Translations under genes and position numbers: made by a program
From: Candidatus Multivoradales bacterium
Lineage (GTDB): Bacteria > Acidobacteriota > Thermoanaerobaculia > Multivoradales > Multivoraceae
Direction: 5' to 3'
Assembly (NCBI GenBank): GCA_965223325.1
Contig: CBDCWI010000001.1
Span: 416,001-480,000 of the forward strand
Length of the DNA stretch: 64,000 nt
Part shown: in pieces, positions 19,634 to 30,402 of the stretch
Layout of the letters: every line of letters starts with the position of its first letter
Numbering within the stretch: position 1 is the stretch's first letter
Notes under the pieces: model-generated
What the model saw: the letters and a program-made list of their open reading frames with translations, nothing else
Told to the model about the DNA's origin: nothing
Databases searched by the model: none

Positions 19634-22420
19634 TCAGTTGCGATGGGAGAACTCCTCGGTGTTGAACAAAACGCGGGCGACAGCTGCCCAGGCGGCGTTC
19701 GGGTCGTCGGGGGTTCGATCCATCTCCCGGCGGAGGTAGGCAAGCATCACTTCGGCCTCCTTCTCGCGCGGTAGACGCGCCAGGGCAAGCTCGAACGCGC
19801 GCTCGAGGCGCTCCTGATCCGTCCCCGGCACTTTCATCACCCGACGGCCGAGGCCCTCGGCGAGCTCGAGAATCATCGGGTCGTTGGCAAGAGTCAGCGC
19901 CTGCAACGGAGTACTCGATGGAATGCGCCGGGTGCAAGCCACCGTCGGCTGCGGTGCATCGAAGGTGGTCAGGAACGGGTACGGACTCGAGCGCCACAAC
20001 CGCACGTAGAGCGATCGCCGGAACCGATCTTCGCCTTCGTCGGCAACCCAGCGCTTATTGGTCTGGGTAAAGGAAAACACGCCTTCGGGTTGGGGCGGCT
20101 GAGCCGGCGGGCCGCCAACCGTCGGTGTGAGAAGGCCACTCGCCCGAAGGGCGGAGTCTCTGATCGATTCGGCATCGAGACGGAGCCGTGACTGTCGCGC
20201 GAGCAGGCGATTGCGCGGGTCCCGCTGGCGGAGATCTGGGCGGGCCGCGGACGACTGGCGGTAGGTCTGTGAGGTGACGATCAGGCGGTGGATCTCTTTC
20301 ATCGAGAACCCGCGAGCCGGCAGCTGCGCTGCGATCCATTCGAGTAGCTCAGGGTGAGAGGGCGTCGCCCCCCGAATGCCGAAGTCGTTCTCGGTCTCCA
20401 CCAGGCCCAGGCCGAAGAAGCGTTGCCACCACCGGTTCACGGTCACGCGGTGCACGAGGGCGTTGTCTTCATGCACCAGCCAGCGCGCCAGGTCGAGCCG
20501 AGTTGTAGGTTGCACCTCTGCCTCACCCGAGGTGAGGAAGCGGTTCATCACCGGCGGAACGCCCGGTGTGACCACCTGCCCGGGGCTCTGAAAGTCGCCA
20601 CGCTCGAGCAGATGAGTCGTTCGCGCAGGAACCTGTGCCTGCATGACCAGACTGGTCGGCAGTTCGGGACGCCTGGCTTCGTGTTGCGCCAACGCCTCCC
20701 AGGCCACCCGCCAGCGTTCGGTAACGACGCCAGGAGGAACCGCGCCCTCGTCATCTCCTGGCGCAAAACTCACCCGGAAGCGGCCGAGAACATGGTTCTG
20801 ACCATGATCCTGCACGATCTCGAGATGGATCTCCTGGTCGCCCGACAGTGGCCCGCTAAGTGGAAACACGGCGACCTGCGGCTCACCGTCTGGCGAGAGC
20901 ACCTTCCACGGTTGTTCTCGTGAAAACGCTAGTTCTCGAAACGACTCCTCGGTACCGACCGGGCGAGCCGAGAACCGAACCTTGCTGACTACGAAGCTCC
21001 CGTCTTTTGCGCGGCCCGGGCCATGCGAGCGGAGTGCAAGATCGGGTAACGCCTCGACGCGAATCGCACGGATTCCTGCAACCGGCGCTAGACCCACGAG
21101 ATCGTAGAGCGATGTTTGCGGGTTGTGCGCAACGCTCCGGATCGAACCGTCTTTCGCAATGCGAAGTTCGGGCCCCTCGCTGGCGGTCAGGACCGTGGGG
21201 CGCCAGGTCACCCAGCCTGCTCCCGCTTCGCGCTCCGCCTCGGCCAGTTCGGCCTCGAACTCCCGCCGCTGGTCGAGGAAACGAGCGAGACGAGGCTCGG
21301 ACTCTTCGTCCGTGACCTCGACGAAGGGACCGGAGCTCACGCCGCCATCCGCTGTCTGGTCAAAGAACGCGAACATACGAAAATAGTCGACATGGGAAAC
21401 CGGGTCGAACTTGTGGGTATGGCACTGCGCACAGCCAAGAGTCGAGCCCAACCACACCGCTCCCGTGGTGTTGACTCGATCGATCACGGCGTTGATGCGA
21501 TTCTCCTCGTCTTTGGCGCCGCCTTCCTGGTTGATCTGCGTGTTGCGGTGAAACCCGGTGGCCACCAACTGCGCGTTCTGAGGATCCGGCAGAAGATCGC
21601 CGGCGAGCTGCTCGATGGTGAACTGATCAAACGGCATGTCGCGTTCGATGGCTCGAATCACCCAGTCCCTGTAGGGCCACATCGACCGCCGGCCATCGAT
21701 GGTGTAGCCGTTCGAGTCTGCGTAGCGTGCCAGGTCGAGCCAGTGGCGTGCCCAGCGCTCTGCGTAGTGTGGCGACCCGACCAACCGATCAACCAGCCGC
21801 TCGTAGGCGTCCTCCCGGTCGTCGGCCAGGAAGTCGCGCACCTCCTCGGGCGTTGGCGGCATCCCCACCAAATCGAGACTCAGCCGGCGAACGAGCTCAC
21901 GGCGCGAGGCCGGCGGCGAAGGCGCGATCCCTTCGCGCTCGAGACGAGCCCGCACAAAGCGATCGATCGCATGGTCCGAAGCGCCCGGTTGCGCCTCCTC
22001 GAGATCTGGCACGGTCACTTGGCGAAATGGCGCGTAGGCCCAGTGGGGAGCCCACCTGGCTCCCTCCTCGATCCATCGCCTGATGGTGTCGATCTGACTC
22101 GCCGTGAGCGCCGGCCCATGTTCGACCGGCGGCATGCGAAGTCGTCTGTTCTCCGAGCCCACCCGCAGCATGAGCATGCTCGCCTCAGGCTCACCGGGTT
22201 CTACGACATCGAGGAGAGACTCTGGGTGATCGAGGTACAGCTCAGCCTGACGGTTGGCTTCATCCGGTCCGTGGCAGAGCGTGCAGTGCTCGGCAAAGAT
22301 CGGCCGCACTTCTCGGGCGTAGTCAACCGCCTGCGCTTCGGACCGCGCCGGTAACTGCGCTGTGGCGATCCCAAGGAGAAGCGCCACGACACCCAAGTAC
22401 TTGATGGTTCGAAACCTCAC
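19634..22420 (-). CDS. Planctomycete cytochrome c / DUF1549 / DUF1553 (PSD1) protein
   Basis: CTLCH and CAQCH heme motifs; WLDLARYADS, YRDWVI, PSHPELL, RRSLY and TPLQAL. Confidence 0.92.
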   Translation of the reverse strand: MRFRTIKYLGVVALLLGIATAQLPARSEAQAVDYAREVRPIFAEHCTLCHGPDEANRQAELYLDHPESLLDVVEPGEPEASMLMLRVGSENRRLRMPPVEHGPALTASQIDTIRRWIEEGARWAPHWAYAPFRQVTVPDLEEAQPGASDHAIDRFVRARLEREGIAPSPPASRRELVRRLSLDLVGMPPTPEEVRDFLADDREDAYERLVDRLVGSPHYAERWARHWLDLARYADSNGYTIDGRRSMWPYRDWVIRAIERDMPFDQFTIEQLAGDLLPDPQNAQLVATGFHRNTQINQEGGAKDEENRINAVIDRVNTTGAVWLGSTLGCAQCHTHKFDPVSHVDYFRMFAFFDQTADGGVSSGPFVEVTDEESEPRLARFLDQRREFEAELAEAEREAGAGWVTWRPTVLTASEGPELRIAKDGSIRSVAHNPQTSLYDLVGLAPVAGIRAIRVEALPDLALRSHGPGRAKDGSFVVSKVRFSARPVGTEESFRELAFSREQPWKVLSPDGEPQVAVFPLSGPLSGDQEIHLEIVQDHGQNHVLGRFRVSFAPGDDEGAVPPGVVTERWRVAWEALAQHEARRPELPTSLVMQAQVPARTTHLLERGDFQSPGQVVTPGVPPVMNRFLTSGEAEVQPTTRLDLARWLVHEDNALVHRVTVNRWWQRFFGLGLVETENDFGIRGATPSHPELLEWIAAQLPARGFSMKEIHRLIVTSQTYRQSSAARPDLRQRDPRNRLLARQSRLRLDAESIRDSALRASGLLTPTVGGPPAQPPQPEGVFSFTQTNKRWVADEGEDRFRRSLYVRLWRSSPYPFLTTFDAPQPTVACTRRIPSSTPLQALTLANDPMILELAEGLGRRVMKVPGTDQERLERAFELALARLPREKEAEVMLAYLRREMDRTPDDPNAAWAAVARVLFNTEEFSHRN

Positions 22421-22950
22421 AACGGAGTGTTGGAGGTCGTTATCGGTTCGCCGGACAGCTCATTTGCGACCAGTCTACAAACCCTGCACGAGGTTGGTCC
22501 AACGCCTTCCCCAGCACTTCGCTCGGCTGTCGGTAGGAAGGTGAAGACATTCTCCGCCACCGGCGATCTGACCGGCGAAGCGTTCGCGGCAACCATGAAT
22601 GCCCCAGAACCGATGACGCCTCTAGGAGAACTCTTTGCGATGCAGAAGCTGCACGGCGGCGAGAGCGGCGACAAGGTCACGATTCCGAGTGGCAGGCAGC
22701 CAATCCACCCTCTCTGCTCGAGGGCCAGGCAGTCCTTTTCAGGTGGCGAGGACACGGCTTCAGAAGCACCAGGCCAGAACCGCCAGGAATCGAGACAGCC
22801 GATGAAGACGGCAGCAACGGGCGGTAGCTCCCCTTACGCGTTCAGAATCCAGCCGGATGACGTAACGCTCGGCGTCGCCTGGCGTCCCACCGTCAGAGCC
22901 CCGACTCACATCCTTCTCACCAGGTCACAGTCCGAGTGACATGAGGGCCC

Positions 22951-24378
22951 GTGACCGCGCAGCTGGCGGCATTCATGAATCTCCTCTTCCAAGTGCAGTT
23001 CGCACGGCGTACGACGCGCTCTCTCAAGCCTGTTGCCGCGCTGCTCGTGACCCTCCTCGGCCCAACCCTCCTGAGCCCAGCCCTTCTGGCACAGCGCCCG
23101 TTGGTGATCGAGAACGTCACCGTCTTGCCGATGACGGCTGGCAACGAGGCAACCGGCCCCCACACAGTCGTCGTGCGCGAGGGAAGAATCGCCACCATCG
23201 GTGACGCCGCGAGTGACCGACTGAAACGACGAGCACAGGTCATCGATGGCAGCGGGCGTTTCCTCATTCCTGGCCTCGTCGACGCGCACGTACACATCAA
23301 TCGAAGCGACGACGACTCGAAACGGCTGCGCGATCTCTTTCTGCTGCACGGCATCACCACGATCATCAACCTCGAGGGGTCGGCACGGGTGGCGGCCCTG
23401 CGCGACCGGATTGCCGCCGGCGAGGAGCTCGGCCCGACCATCGTCACCTCCGGCGCCATCCTGCGCGGGTCGGACCGCACCACCGAGGAACAGGGGCGGC
23501 GCCTCGTGCAAATGCACAAAGAGGCCGGCTACGACCTGGTCAAGGTCTACAACCCGCTCTCCGAAGCCGGCTACCGGGGGGTCGTCGACGAGGCCCGCAA
23601 GCACTCGATTCCTGTAGTCGGCCATGCAGTTCGCTCGGTCGGCATCGACGGCGCCCTCGCGTCTGGACAGCACATCGTGCACATGGAAGAAATGGTCTAC
23701 GGCCACTTCACCTGGGACAAACGGCCAGACCAACCCGCGCCCGGTGTTCTGCCCACCGACGTCGTGGAGCGCCTCGACCTGCTCCTTGATCCAAGCGAGA
23801 TTCCTGAGCTCGCACGGCGCGTCAAGGAGGCTGGGATCTGGGTCACACCCAATCTGGTTGCCTACTTCGGAATTGTCGAGCAAACCAACGATCTCGAGGC
23901 AGTCCTGGCCCGCGAGAAGGTCGCCTGGATGCCGGAATCGATGCGCAGCCGCTGGCAGCGCGAGTTCAACGGCTACGTCAATCGAGACAACCAGACTCGC
24001 TTCGAACGCGCGGTGGTCCGCACCTATCCGTTTCTCGAGCAGCTCACCCGGGCCTTCGCAGAAGCCGGCGTGCCGCTCCTGGCAGGAACCGATGTTGGCA
24101 TCCCCTCGGTGGTCGCCGGAGACTCTCTCCACAGGGAGCTCGAACTTCTGGTTGCTGCAGGCCTCAGCGAGAGGCAGGCTCTCCGGGCCGCTACCAGCAG
24201 CGCCGCTCTCTTTCTGGGGCGAGACGATTTCGGTCGCATCGAGGTCGGTGCCAGAGCGGACCTGGTCCTGCTCGCGGCCGACCCGCGGCAGGCAATCAGC
24301 AACACCCGCAAGATCGAAGCCGTCATCGTCGGCGGCCACGTCGTCGACCTCGGGGCGATCCGCGAGGGACTACCCTGA
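22951..24378 (+). CDS. Secreted amidohydrolase family protein
   Basis: LIPGLVDAHVH, VKVY, VGH, HMEE, LAGTD and GRIEVGARADLVLL motifs. Start uncertain. Confidence 0.85.
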   Translation: MTAQLAAFMNLLFQVQFARRTTRSLKPVAALLVTLLGPTLLSPALLAQRPLVIENVTVLPMTAGNEATGPHTVVVREGRIATIGDAASDRLKRRAQVIDGSGRFLIPGLVDAHVHINRSDDDSKRLRDLFLLHGITTIINLEGSARVAALRDRIAAGEELGPTIVTSGAILRGSDRTTEEQGRRLVQMHKEAGYDLVKVYNPLSEAGYRGVVDEARKHSIPVVGHAVRSVGIDGALASGQHIVHMEEMVYGHFTWDKRPDQPAPGVLPTDVVERLDLLLDPSEIPELARRVKEAGIWVTPNLVAYFGIVEQTNDLEAVLAREKVAWMPESMRSRWQREFNGYVNRDNQTRFERAVVRTYPFLEQLTRAFAEAGVPLLAGTDVGIPSVVAGDSLHRELELLVAAGLSERQALRAATSSAALFLGRDDFGRIEVGARADLVLLAADPRQAISNTRKIEAVIVGGHVVDLGAIREGLP

Positions 24379-24501
24379 GGACGACTGGGCTGGGCACTTC
24401 CCGGCGCCTACCGTACGGCACCTCCCGAAACTCGGGCGCCCCCGGGGCGTACAGGGGTAGACAGATCCCAGTGACCTGAGAAACGCCTGCGAGAGAACGA
24501 C

Positions 24502-24987
24502 GTGCCACGCCCTCTGGAAGACTCCGCTCATCAGTCGTTGCTTCAAACCTCCGAATTCATCGCCGTGGTGGTGCTGGCGGCCGGAGCGGCCATCGAGTAC
24601 TTCTTTGGCGGTGGCTGGTCGCTACCGCTTTCGCCACCGCTTCGCGTAGCGATCGGTCTTGGCGTCGCCGGCACCGGTCTCGTGTTGATCGCAGCGAGCA
24701 AGGCGGCACTCGGAAAGGCATCTCAGCCGTCGGAACCCGGGCGGCCGACCACTGAGATCGTGACTTCAGGCATCTATCGGCACAGTCGCAATCCGACCTA
24801 CCTCGGACTCAGCCTGGTCCTCCTGGGGGTCGGGATCGCAACCAACATGGCCGCCTGGATCGTGGGTTCGTTCATCGCCCTCTTGTCGATGCACATCTTT
24901 CTGGTGCGACCCGAAGAGCGCTACCTGGCAGATCGATTCCCGGAGGGGTTTCGGGCGTACCGGTCCAGAGTGCGGCGCTGGATTTGA
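24502..24987 (+). CDS. Isoprenylcysteine carboxyl methyltransferase / PEMT family membrane protein
   Basis: IVTSGIY..SRNPTYLG, EERYL...F...Y...VRRWI and TM helices. Confidence 0.85.
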   Translation: MPRPLEDSAHQSLLQTSEFIAVVVLAAGAAIEYFFGGGWSLPLSPPLRVAIGLGVAGTGLVLIAASKAALGKASQPSEPGRPTTEIVTSGIYRHSRNPTYLGLSLVLLGVGIATNMAAWIVGSFIALLSMHIFLVRPEERYLADRFPEGFRAYRSRVRRWI

Positions 24988-25168
24988 AAGCCCCTACACC
25001 ACACCCTTCGACCTGCACCGGTCCCAGGCTCATCCCGAAGAGCGGCGAGGTCGATCAACCGTCGATGCACCGGTAGAATGCAGAATCCCAATGTCGAGAA
25101 ACCGCCGCGGCCACGGTCTCGCTACCGCACGGCTGCCTCTATCGGAGTTGACTCTTTCGGAGACTGTA

Positions 25169-27616
25169 ATGGATTCCCTGCGCTCGCTCGTTGTGACGGT
25201 TCGATCGCTCCTCCGAGAGCCGATCTATGCGCTCGCTTTCGTTTTGACCCTCGGTCTTGGAATCGGCGCCAACACCGCCATCTTCAGCCTCGTCAACGGC
25301 GTTCTCCTGCGCCCACTGCCCTACCCGCACGCCGACCGGATCGTCTATCTCGAAAACGCCGCCACCAAGCCGGGCATCGAGAACGTCAATTTCTCGTTCC
25401 CAGAGGTGGCGGACTATCGCGCCAGCGTCTCATCGCTCGAAGAGATCGTCGAGTTCGGCGACTGGACGTTCAGCGTGCTCGGCCGCGGCGAGCCCCATCG
25501 CGCCGTCGCCGGTCTGGTGACGGCGAACTTCTTCGAGGTCCTCGGCATGAAACCCATCAAGGGCCGGGTCCTGCAGCCCGAAGATCGCTCCGAAGGGGCC
25601 GAGCCGGTCGTTCTCTTGACCTACGAGTACTGGCAGAGAGTGCTGAATGGCGACCCGGACATCGTTGGACAGTCGCTCGACTTGACGTCGAAGGTCGCCA
25701 CCATCGTTGGCGTTCTCGAACCTGGCGCCCACTACGCCACCAAACGGCGCCAGGACTTCTACGCCAACTACACCACCAACGACCACTACAGCTCCGCCAC
25801 CATGGAAGACGATCGGCGTCATCGTATGACCGACGTTTTCGCGCGTCTGGCCCCGGGGGTGACGGTCGACCAGGCGGCGGCAGACCTCAACCGGGTTCTC
25901 GCCAACTTCCACCGCGACTTTCCCGACGACTATCCCGAAATGCTCGGCCTCGAAGTCGTGGTGACGCCCTGGAAGGACGAACTCGTCGATCGCGCCCAGT
26001 CGACGCTCATCTTGTTGCTCGGCGCAGCGCTGTTCGTTTTGGTGATTGCCTGTGCCAACGTCGCCAACCTGACTCTGGCGCGCTCTCTGCGCCGGGAACG
26101 TGAGCTCGCGGTGCGCGCCGCGCTCGGTGCCCCTGGGCGAAGGATCCGGGCACAGCTTTTTCTCGAAAGCCTCGTCCTGGCCACGGCCGGTGCAGTTCTC
26201 GGTCTCATCCTCGCTTACGGGTTGCTCGATGTCCTGCGGGCCTACACTTCACGGCTGACTACCCGCACCGGCGAGATCGCCATCGATGGCGGTGTCTTGT
26301 TCTTCACTCTGGCGGTGGCGGTGCTGACCGCGGTGGCATTCTCACTGGTCCCCGGCCTGGTGCCTGCCAAGCGACTCGGTTCGGCTCTTTCCGCTGGCGC
26401 CGCCCGCGCTACGGCGACCGGAACGCGTCGCTTCCTTCAGCGCGCCCTGGTCACCAGCCAGTTGGCGGTTTCCTTCATCCTCCTGGTCGGTGCCGGCCTA
26501 CTGGTTCGTACGCTCACCAACCTACACGCGGTCGATCCTGGATACGAACTCGACAGCGTGCTGAGCGTCGAGGCTCCCAAGGACTTCGAAGCCACCACTC
26601 CCGAGGAGAACCGACGTTTCGCGCGCGGCGTGGTCGCCGACCTCGGAAGCCTGCCGTCGGTCGAATCGGTGGCCCTCGCACAGACCGCGCCGCTCAACGG
26701 CGGCGAGCGTTTTCCCATTGAGCTCCACGTCGAAGGTGTCGGGGAAGACGCCCAGTCGACTTCGATTCCGGCACTCTTCGAAACCGCGTCGGCGGACTAC
26801 TTCTCGGCCCTCGGTCTCGAGATCATCGAAGGCCGCAGCTTCAGAACCTCCGACGACGCCGAAGCGCCGAAGGTCGCGATCCTCAACCAGGCGGCGGCCA
26901 GGCACTACTTCGGCGACAAAGATCCCATCGGACGCCGCGTCGCCTACACCTTCGGCGGTGGTTTCTCCTTCGACGACTCCTGGCTCACCCTGGTGGGGGT
27001 GGTCGAAGACGCTCGAATCACGTCCCTCGAGAGCTCCGGCCAGCATGTTCTCTATCTGCCCGAGGCACAGTCCTTCCCCGCACAGACAGTCCTGGTGCGC
27101 ACCGCAGGCGACCCCAAGCCCATCGCACCGCAGGTCATCGAAAAGCTGCGCGCGCTCGATCCCGAGCGACCACTCGAACACGTCTATACGCTGGCCGAGC
27201 TACGCGACGAGTCGCTTCAACCGCAGCGCCTGAACGCCATTCTGTTCGCGATCTTTGCCGCCCTGGCGCTCTCGATCGCTGCCGTGGGCGTCGCCGGCGT
27301 GCTGGCCTTCATGGTCAGTGCAAGGCGACGCGAGCTCGGCATTCGGGCAGCGCTCGGCGCGGCTCCCGGCCGCTTGCAGTGGCTGGTGCTCAAGGACGGT
27401 GGTGCGATGGCGCTGGTGGGGCTCGCTCTCGGAGCCCTCGGCGGAATCGGCCTGACCCGCTTCCTGCAGAACCTGCTCTTCGAGGTCCAGCCGCTCGACG
27501 CAATGACCTTCATCGTGGTGGGCCTGCTGCTTCTGCTGGTGGCGCTGCTCGCCGCCCTGGTGCCGGCACGCTGGGCAACCAAGACGCCGGTGGTCGAGGT
27601 CTTGCGCGCCGAGTGA
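25169..27616 (+). CDS. ADOP-type duplicated ABC permease (MacB/FtsX-like)
   Basis: LTLGLGIGANTAIFS.VNGVLLRPLPY, IACANVANL, RELAVRAALGA and RRRELGIRAALGA. GGAG precedes ATG 25169. Confidence 0.92.
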   Translation: MDSLRSLVVTVRSLLREPIYALAFVLTLGLGIGANTAIFSLVNGVLLRPLPYPHADRIVYLENAATKPGIENVNFSFPEVADYRASVSSLEEIVEFGDWTFSVLGRGEPHRAVAGLVTANFFEVLGMKPIKGRVLQPEDRSEGAEPVVLLTYEYWQRVLNGDPDIVGQSLDLTSKVATIVGVLEPGAHYATKRRQDFYANYTTNDHYSSATMEDDRRHRMTDVFARLAPGVTVDQAAADLNRVLANFHRDFPDDYPEMLGLEVVVTPWKDELVDRAQSTLILLLGAALFVLVIACANVANLTLARSLRRERELAVRAALGAPGRRIRAQLFLESLVLATAGAVLGLILAYGLLDVLRAYTSRLTTRTGEIAIDGGVLFFTLAVAVLTAVAFSLVPGLVPAKRLGSALSAGAARATATGTRRFLQRALVTSQLAVSFILLVGAGLLVRTLTNLHAVDPGYELDSVLSVEAPKDFEATTPEENRRFARGVVADLGSLPSVESVALAQTAPLNGGERFPIELHVEGVGEDAQSTSIPALFETASADYFSALGLEIIEGRSFRTSDDAEAPKVAILNQAAARHYFGDKDPIGRRVAYTFGGGFSFDDSWLTLVGVVEDARITSLESSGQHVLYLPEAQSFPAQTVLVRTAGDPKPIAPQVIEKLRALDPERPLEHVYTLAELRDESLQPQRLNAILFAIFAALALSIAAVGVAGVLAFMVSARRRELGIRAALGAAPGRLQWLVLKDGGAMALVGLALGALGGIGLTRFLQNLLFEVQPLDAMTFIVVGLLLLLVALLAALVPARWATKTPVVEVLRAE

Positions 27617-27660
27617 AGGCGCGCCAACGCAGGCTCCCGATCTCGGTGCCCGGCATGGCA

Positions 27661-30402
27661 TCAGGCGAATCGGCGCATTCGCCAGAGGGCCATCGCCGAG
27701 AGGAGGAGGATCAACATCAGGAGTCCGGGTGCCGAGAGCGTCGGAATCGCAGCGACGGGCAGGACAACGATCTGGGCCGTAGCCGACGTTCCGTTCACCG
27801 TATAGGTCAAGGTGTGAACGCCGAGGCCGGCGGCTCCGGGGTCGAAGCTGAAAGTGAGTCCATTGCCGTCGTCGGTCACGCCCGGTCCACTGTAGACGCC
27901 GCCAGGCGGCGTCCCTCCGCCCAGGCCGGTTTGTACACCCGCATTGATGGCGAAACCACCTGAGGGCGCCGTGACCGTGACTTCCGCCGTCACCTCGACG
28001 GCGTCGCTGGCGGAGCCCCTGCAGCCGTCAGCGTCGACGAACGAATAGGTCAGGGAGTGAACTCCTAGATCGGCGGCAGCGGGATCGAAGCTGTAGGTCA
28101 TGCCGTTGCCGTCGTCGGTGACGCCCGGGCCGCTGTAGACGCCACCGGCGGGCGAGCCCCCACCGAGACCGCTCTGGACGCCACTACTGACCGCGAGGTC
28201 TGCCAGCGCGGTGAACGTGACGGTGGGCAGCACGAACACCTCGACGGCGTCGTTCGCAGAAACACCGTTGGTATAGGCAAGGGTGTGGACACCGACCCCG
28301 GCCGCCGCGGGGTCGAAGCTGTAGGTCATCCCGTTGCCGTCGTCGGTGACACCGGGGCCGCTGTAGACACCGCCGGTGGGCGAACCTCCACTGAGTCCGG
28401 TCTGGACGCCGGCGTCGACGCAGAGGTCGGCCAACGCCGTGAAGGTGGTTGCCGAAAACACCTGGACGTCGTCAGCGGCGGAGTTGGTACAACCGTTCGC
28501 GTTCGTGAAGGTGTAGGTGAGCGTATGAACGCCGACTCCAGCCGCGGCGGGATCGAAGCTGTAGGTCATCCCGTTGCCGTCGTCGGTGACACCGGGACCG
28601 CTGTAGACACCGCCGACGGCCAGGCCCCCACCAAGACCGCTCTGAACGCCGCTATTGACCGCCAGGTCTGCCAGCGCGGTGAACGTGACGGTGGGCAACG
28701 CAAAGACTTCGACATTGTCGTTCGCAGATCCGCCCCTGGTGTAGGTGAGCGTGTGGACACCGACCCCGGCCGCTGCTGGATCGAAGCTGTAGGTCATGCC
28801 ATTCCCGTCGTCCGTGACGCCCGGACCGCTGTAGGTACCGCCGGTGGGCGAGCCTCCCCCCAGGCCGGCCTGGACGCCGGCGTCAACGCACATGTTGGCC
28901 GGCGCAGTGAAGGTGGTTGCCGCGAGGACTTCAACATCGTCGGTGGCGGAGTTGGTACAACCGTTCGCGTTCGTGAAGGTGTAGGTGAGCGTATGAACGC
29001 CGACTCCAGCCGCGGCGGGATCGAAGCTGTAGGTCATCCCGTTGCCGTCGTCGGTGACACCGGGACCGCTGTAGACACCGCCGACGGCCAGGCCCCCACC
29101 AAGACCGCTCTGAACGCCGCTATTGACCGCCAGGTCTGCCAGCGCGGTGAACGTGACGGTGGGCAACGCAAAGACTTCGACATTGTCGTTCGCAGATCCG
29201 CCCCTGGTGTAGGTGAGCGTGTGGACACCGACCCCGGCCGCCGCTGGGTCGAAGCTGTAGGTCATGCCATTGCCGTCGTCCGTGACGCCCGGACCGCTGT
29301 AGGTACCGCCGGTGGGCGAGCCTCCTCCCAGGCCGGCCTGGACGCCGGCGTCAACGCACATGTTGGCCGGCGCAGTGAAGGTGGTTGCCGCGAGGACTTC
29401 AACATCGTCGGTGGCGGAGTTGGTACAACCGTTCGCGTTCGTGAAGGTGTAGCTGAGCGTATGAACGCCGACCCCAGCCACGGCGGGATCGAAGCTGTAG
29501 GTCATCCCGTTGCCGTCGTCGGTGACACCGGGACCGCTGTAGACACCGCCGACGGCCAGGCCCCCACCAAGACCGCTCTGAACGCCGCTATTGACCGCCA
29601 GGTCTGCCAGCGCGGTGAACGTGACGGTGGGCAACGCAAAGACTTCGACATTGTCGTTCGCAGATCCGCCCCTGGTGTAGGTGAGCGTGTGGACACCGAC
29701 CCCGGCCGCCGCTGGGTCGAAGCTGTAGGTCATGCCATTGCCGTCGTCCGTGACGCCCGGACCGCTGTATGTACCGCCGGTGGGCGAGCCTCCTCCCAGG
29801 CCGGCCTGGACGCCGGCGTCAACGCACATGTTGGCCAGCGCAGTGAAGGTGGTTGCCGCGAGGACTTCAACATCGTCGGTGGCGGAGTTGGTACAACCGT
29901 TCGCGTTCGTGAAGGTGTAGCTGAGCGTATGAACGCCGACCCCAGCCACGGCGGGATCGAAGCTGTAGGTCATCCCGTTGCCGTCGTCGGTGACACCGGG
30001 ACCGCTGTAGACACCGCCGACGGCCAGGCCCCCACCAAGACCGCTCTGAACGCCGCTATTGACCGCCAGGTCTGCCAGCGCGGTGAACGTGACGGTGGGC
30101 AACGCAAAGACTTCGACATTGTCGTTCGCAGATCCGCCCCTGGTGTAGGTGAGCGTGTGGACACCGACCCCGGCCGTCGCGGGGTCGAAGCTGTAGGTCA
30201 TGCCATTGCCATCGTCCGTGACGCCCGGACCGCTGTAGACGCCACCAACCGGAGTACCTTTCTTCAAGCCGACCTGGACACCCGCGTCGATGCACATGTC
30301 GTCCGGCGCGGTGAACATCTGGGCCTGCCCCGGGGTGCTGAGTACGGCCGCGAGAGCGACGATCAAAAATACTTGTGATACAAGTTTTACGACATCAAGC
30401 AA
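27661..30402 (-). CDS. Repetitive secreted surface protein with 11 Ig-like repeats and an IPTL-CTERM sorting signal
   Basis: Signal peptide; 11 copies of YSGPGVTDDGNG; C-terminal AIPTLS, TM helix and WRMRR. Confidence 0.9.
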   Translation of the reverse strand: MLDVVKLVSQVFLIVALAAVLSTPGQAQMFTAPDDMCIDAGVQVGLKKGTPVGGVYSGPGVTDDGNGMTYSFDPATAGVGVHTLTYTRGGSANDNVEVFALPTVTFTALADLAVNSGVQSGLGGGLAVGGVYSGPGVTDDGNGMTYSFDPAVAGVGVHTLSYTFTNANGCTNSATDDVEVLAATTFTALANMCVDAGVQAGLGGGSPTGGTYSGPGVTDDGNGMTYSFDPAAAGVGVHTLTYTRGGSANDNVEVFALPTVTFTALADLAVNSGVQSGLGGGLAVGGVYSGPGVTDDGNGMTYSFDPAVAGVGVHTLSYTFTNANGCTNSATDDVEVLAATTFTAPANMCVDAGVQAGLGGGSPTGGTYSGPGVTDDGNGMTYSFDPAAAGVGVHTLTYTRGGSANDNVEVFALPTVTFTALADLAVNSGVQSGLGGGLAVGGVYSGPGVTDDGNGMTYSFDPAAAGVGVHTLTYTFTNANGCTNSATDDVEVLAATTFTAPANMCVDAGVQAGLGGGSPTGGTYSGPGVTDDGNGMTYSFDPAAAGVGVHTLTYTRGGSANDNVEVFALPTVTFTALADLAVNSGVQSGLGGGLAVGGVYSGPGVTDDGNGMTYSFDPAAAGVGVHTLTYTFTNANGCTNSAADDVQVFSATTFTALADLCVDAGVQTGLSGGSPTGGVYSGPGVTDDGNGMTYSFDPAAAGVGVHTLAYTNGVSANDAVEVFVLPTVTFTALADLAVSSGVQSGLGGGSPAGGVYSGPGVTDDGNGMTYSFDPAAADLGVHSLTYSFVDADGCRGSASDAVEVTAEVTVTAPSGGFAINAGVQTGLGGGTPPGGVYSGPGVTDDGNGLTFSFDPGAAGLGVHTLTYTVNGTSATAQIVVLPVAAIPTLSAPGLLMLILLLSAMALWRMRRFA
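27780..30315. repeat. Intragenic tandem repeat with a 468-bp higher-order unit (two alternating ~76/80-aa subunits)
   Basis: Identical shadow ORFs at 28566, 29034, 29502 and 29970, and a diverged one at 28098, all spaced 468 bp. Confidence 0.95.

Noticed and set aside
22427-22939. 170-aa ORF in the divergent gap
   Set aside because: Non-ATG start, no recognisable domain and atypical composition. It may be a relic but cannot be supported.
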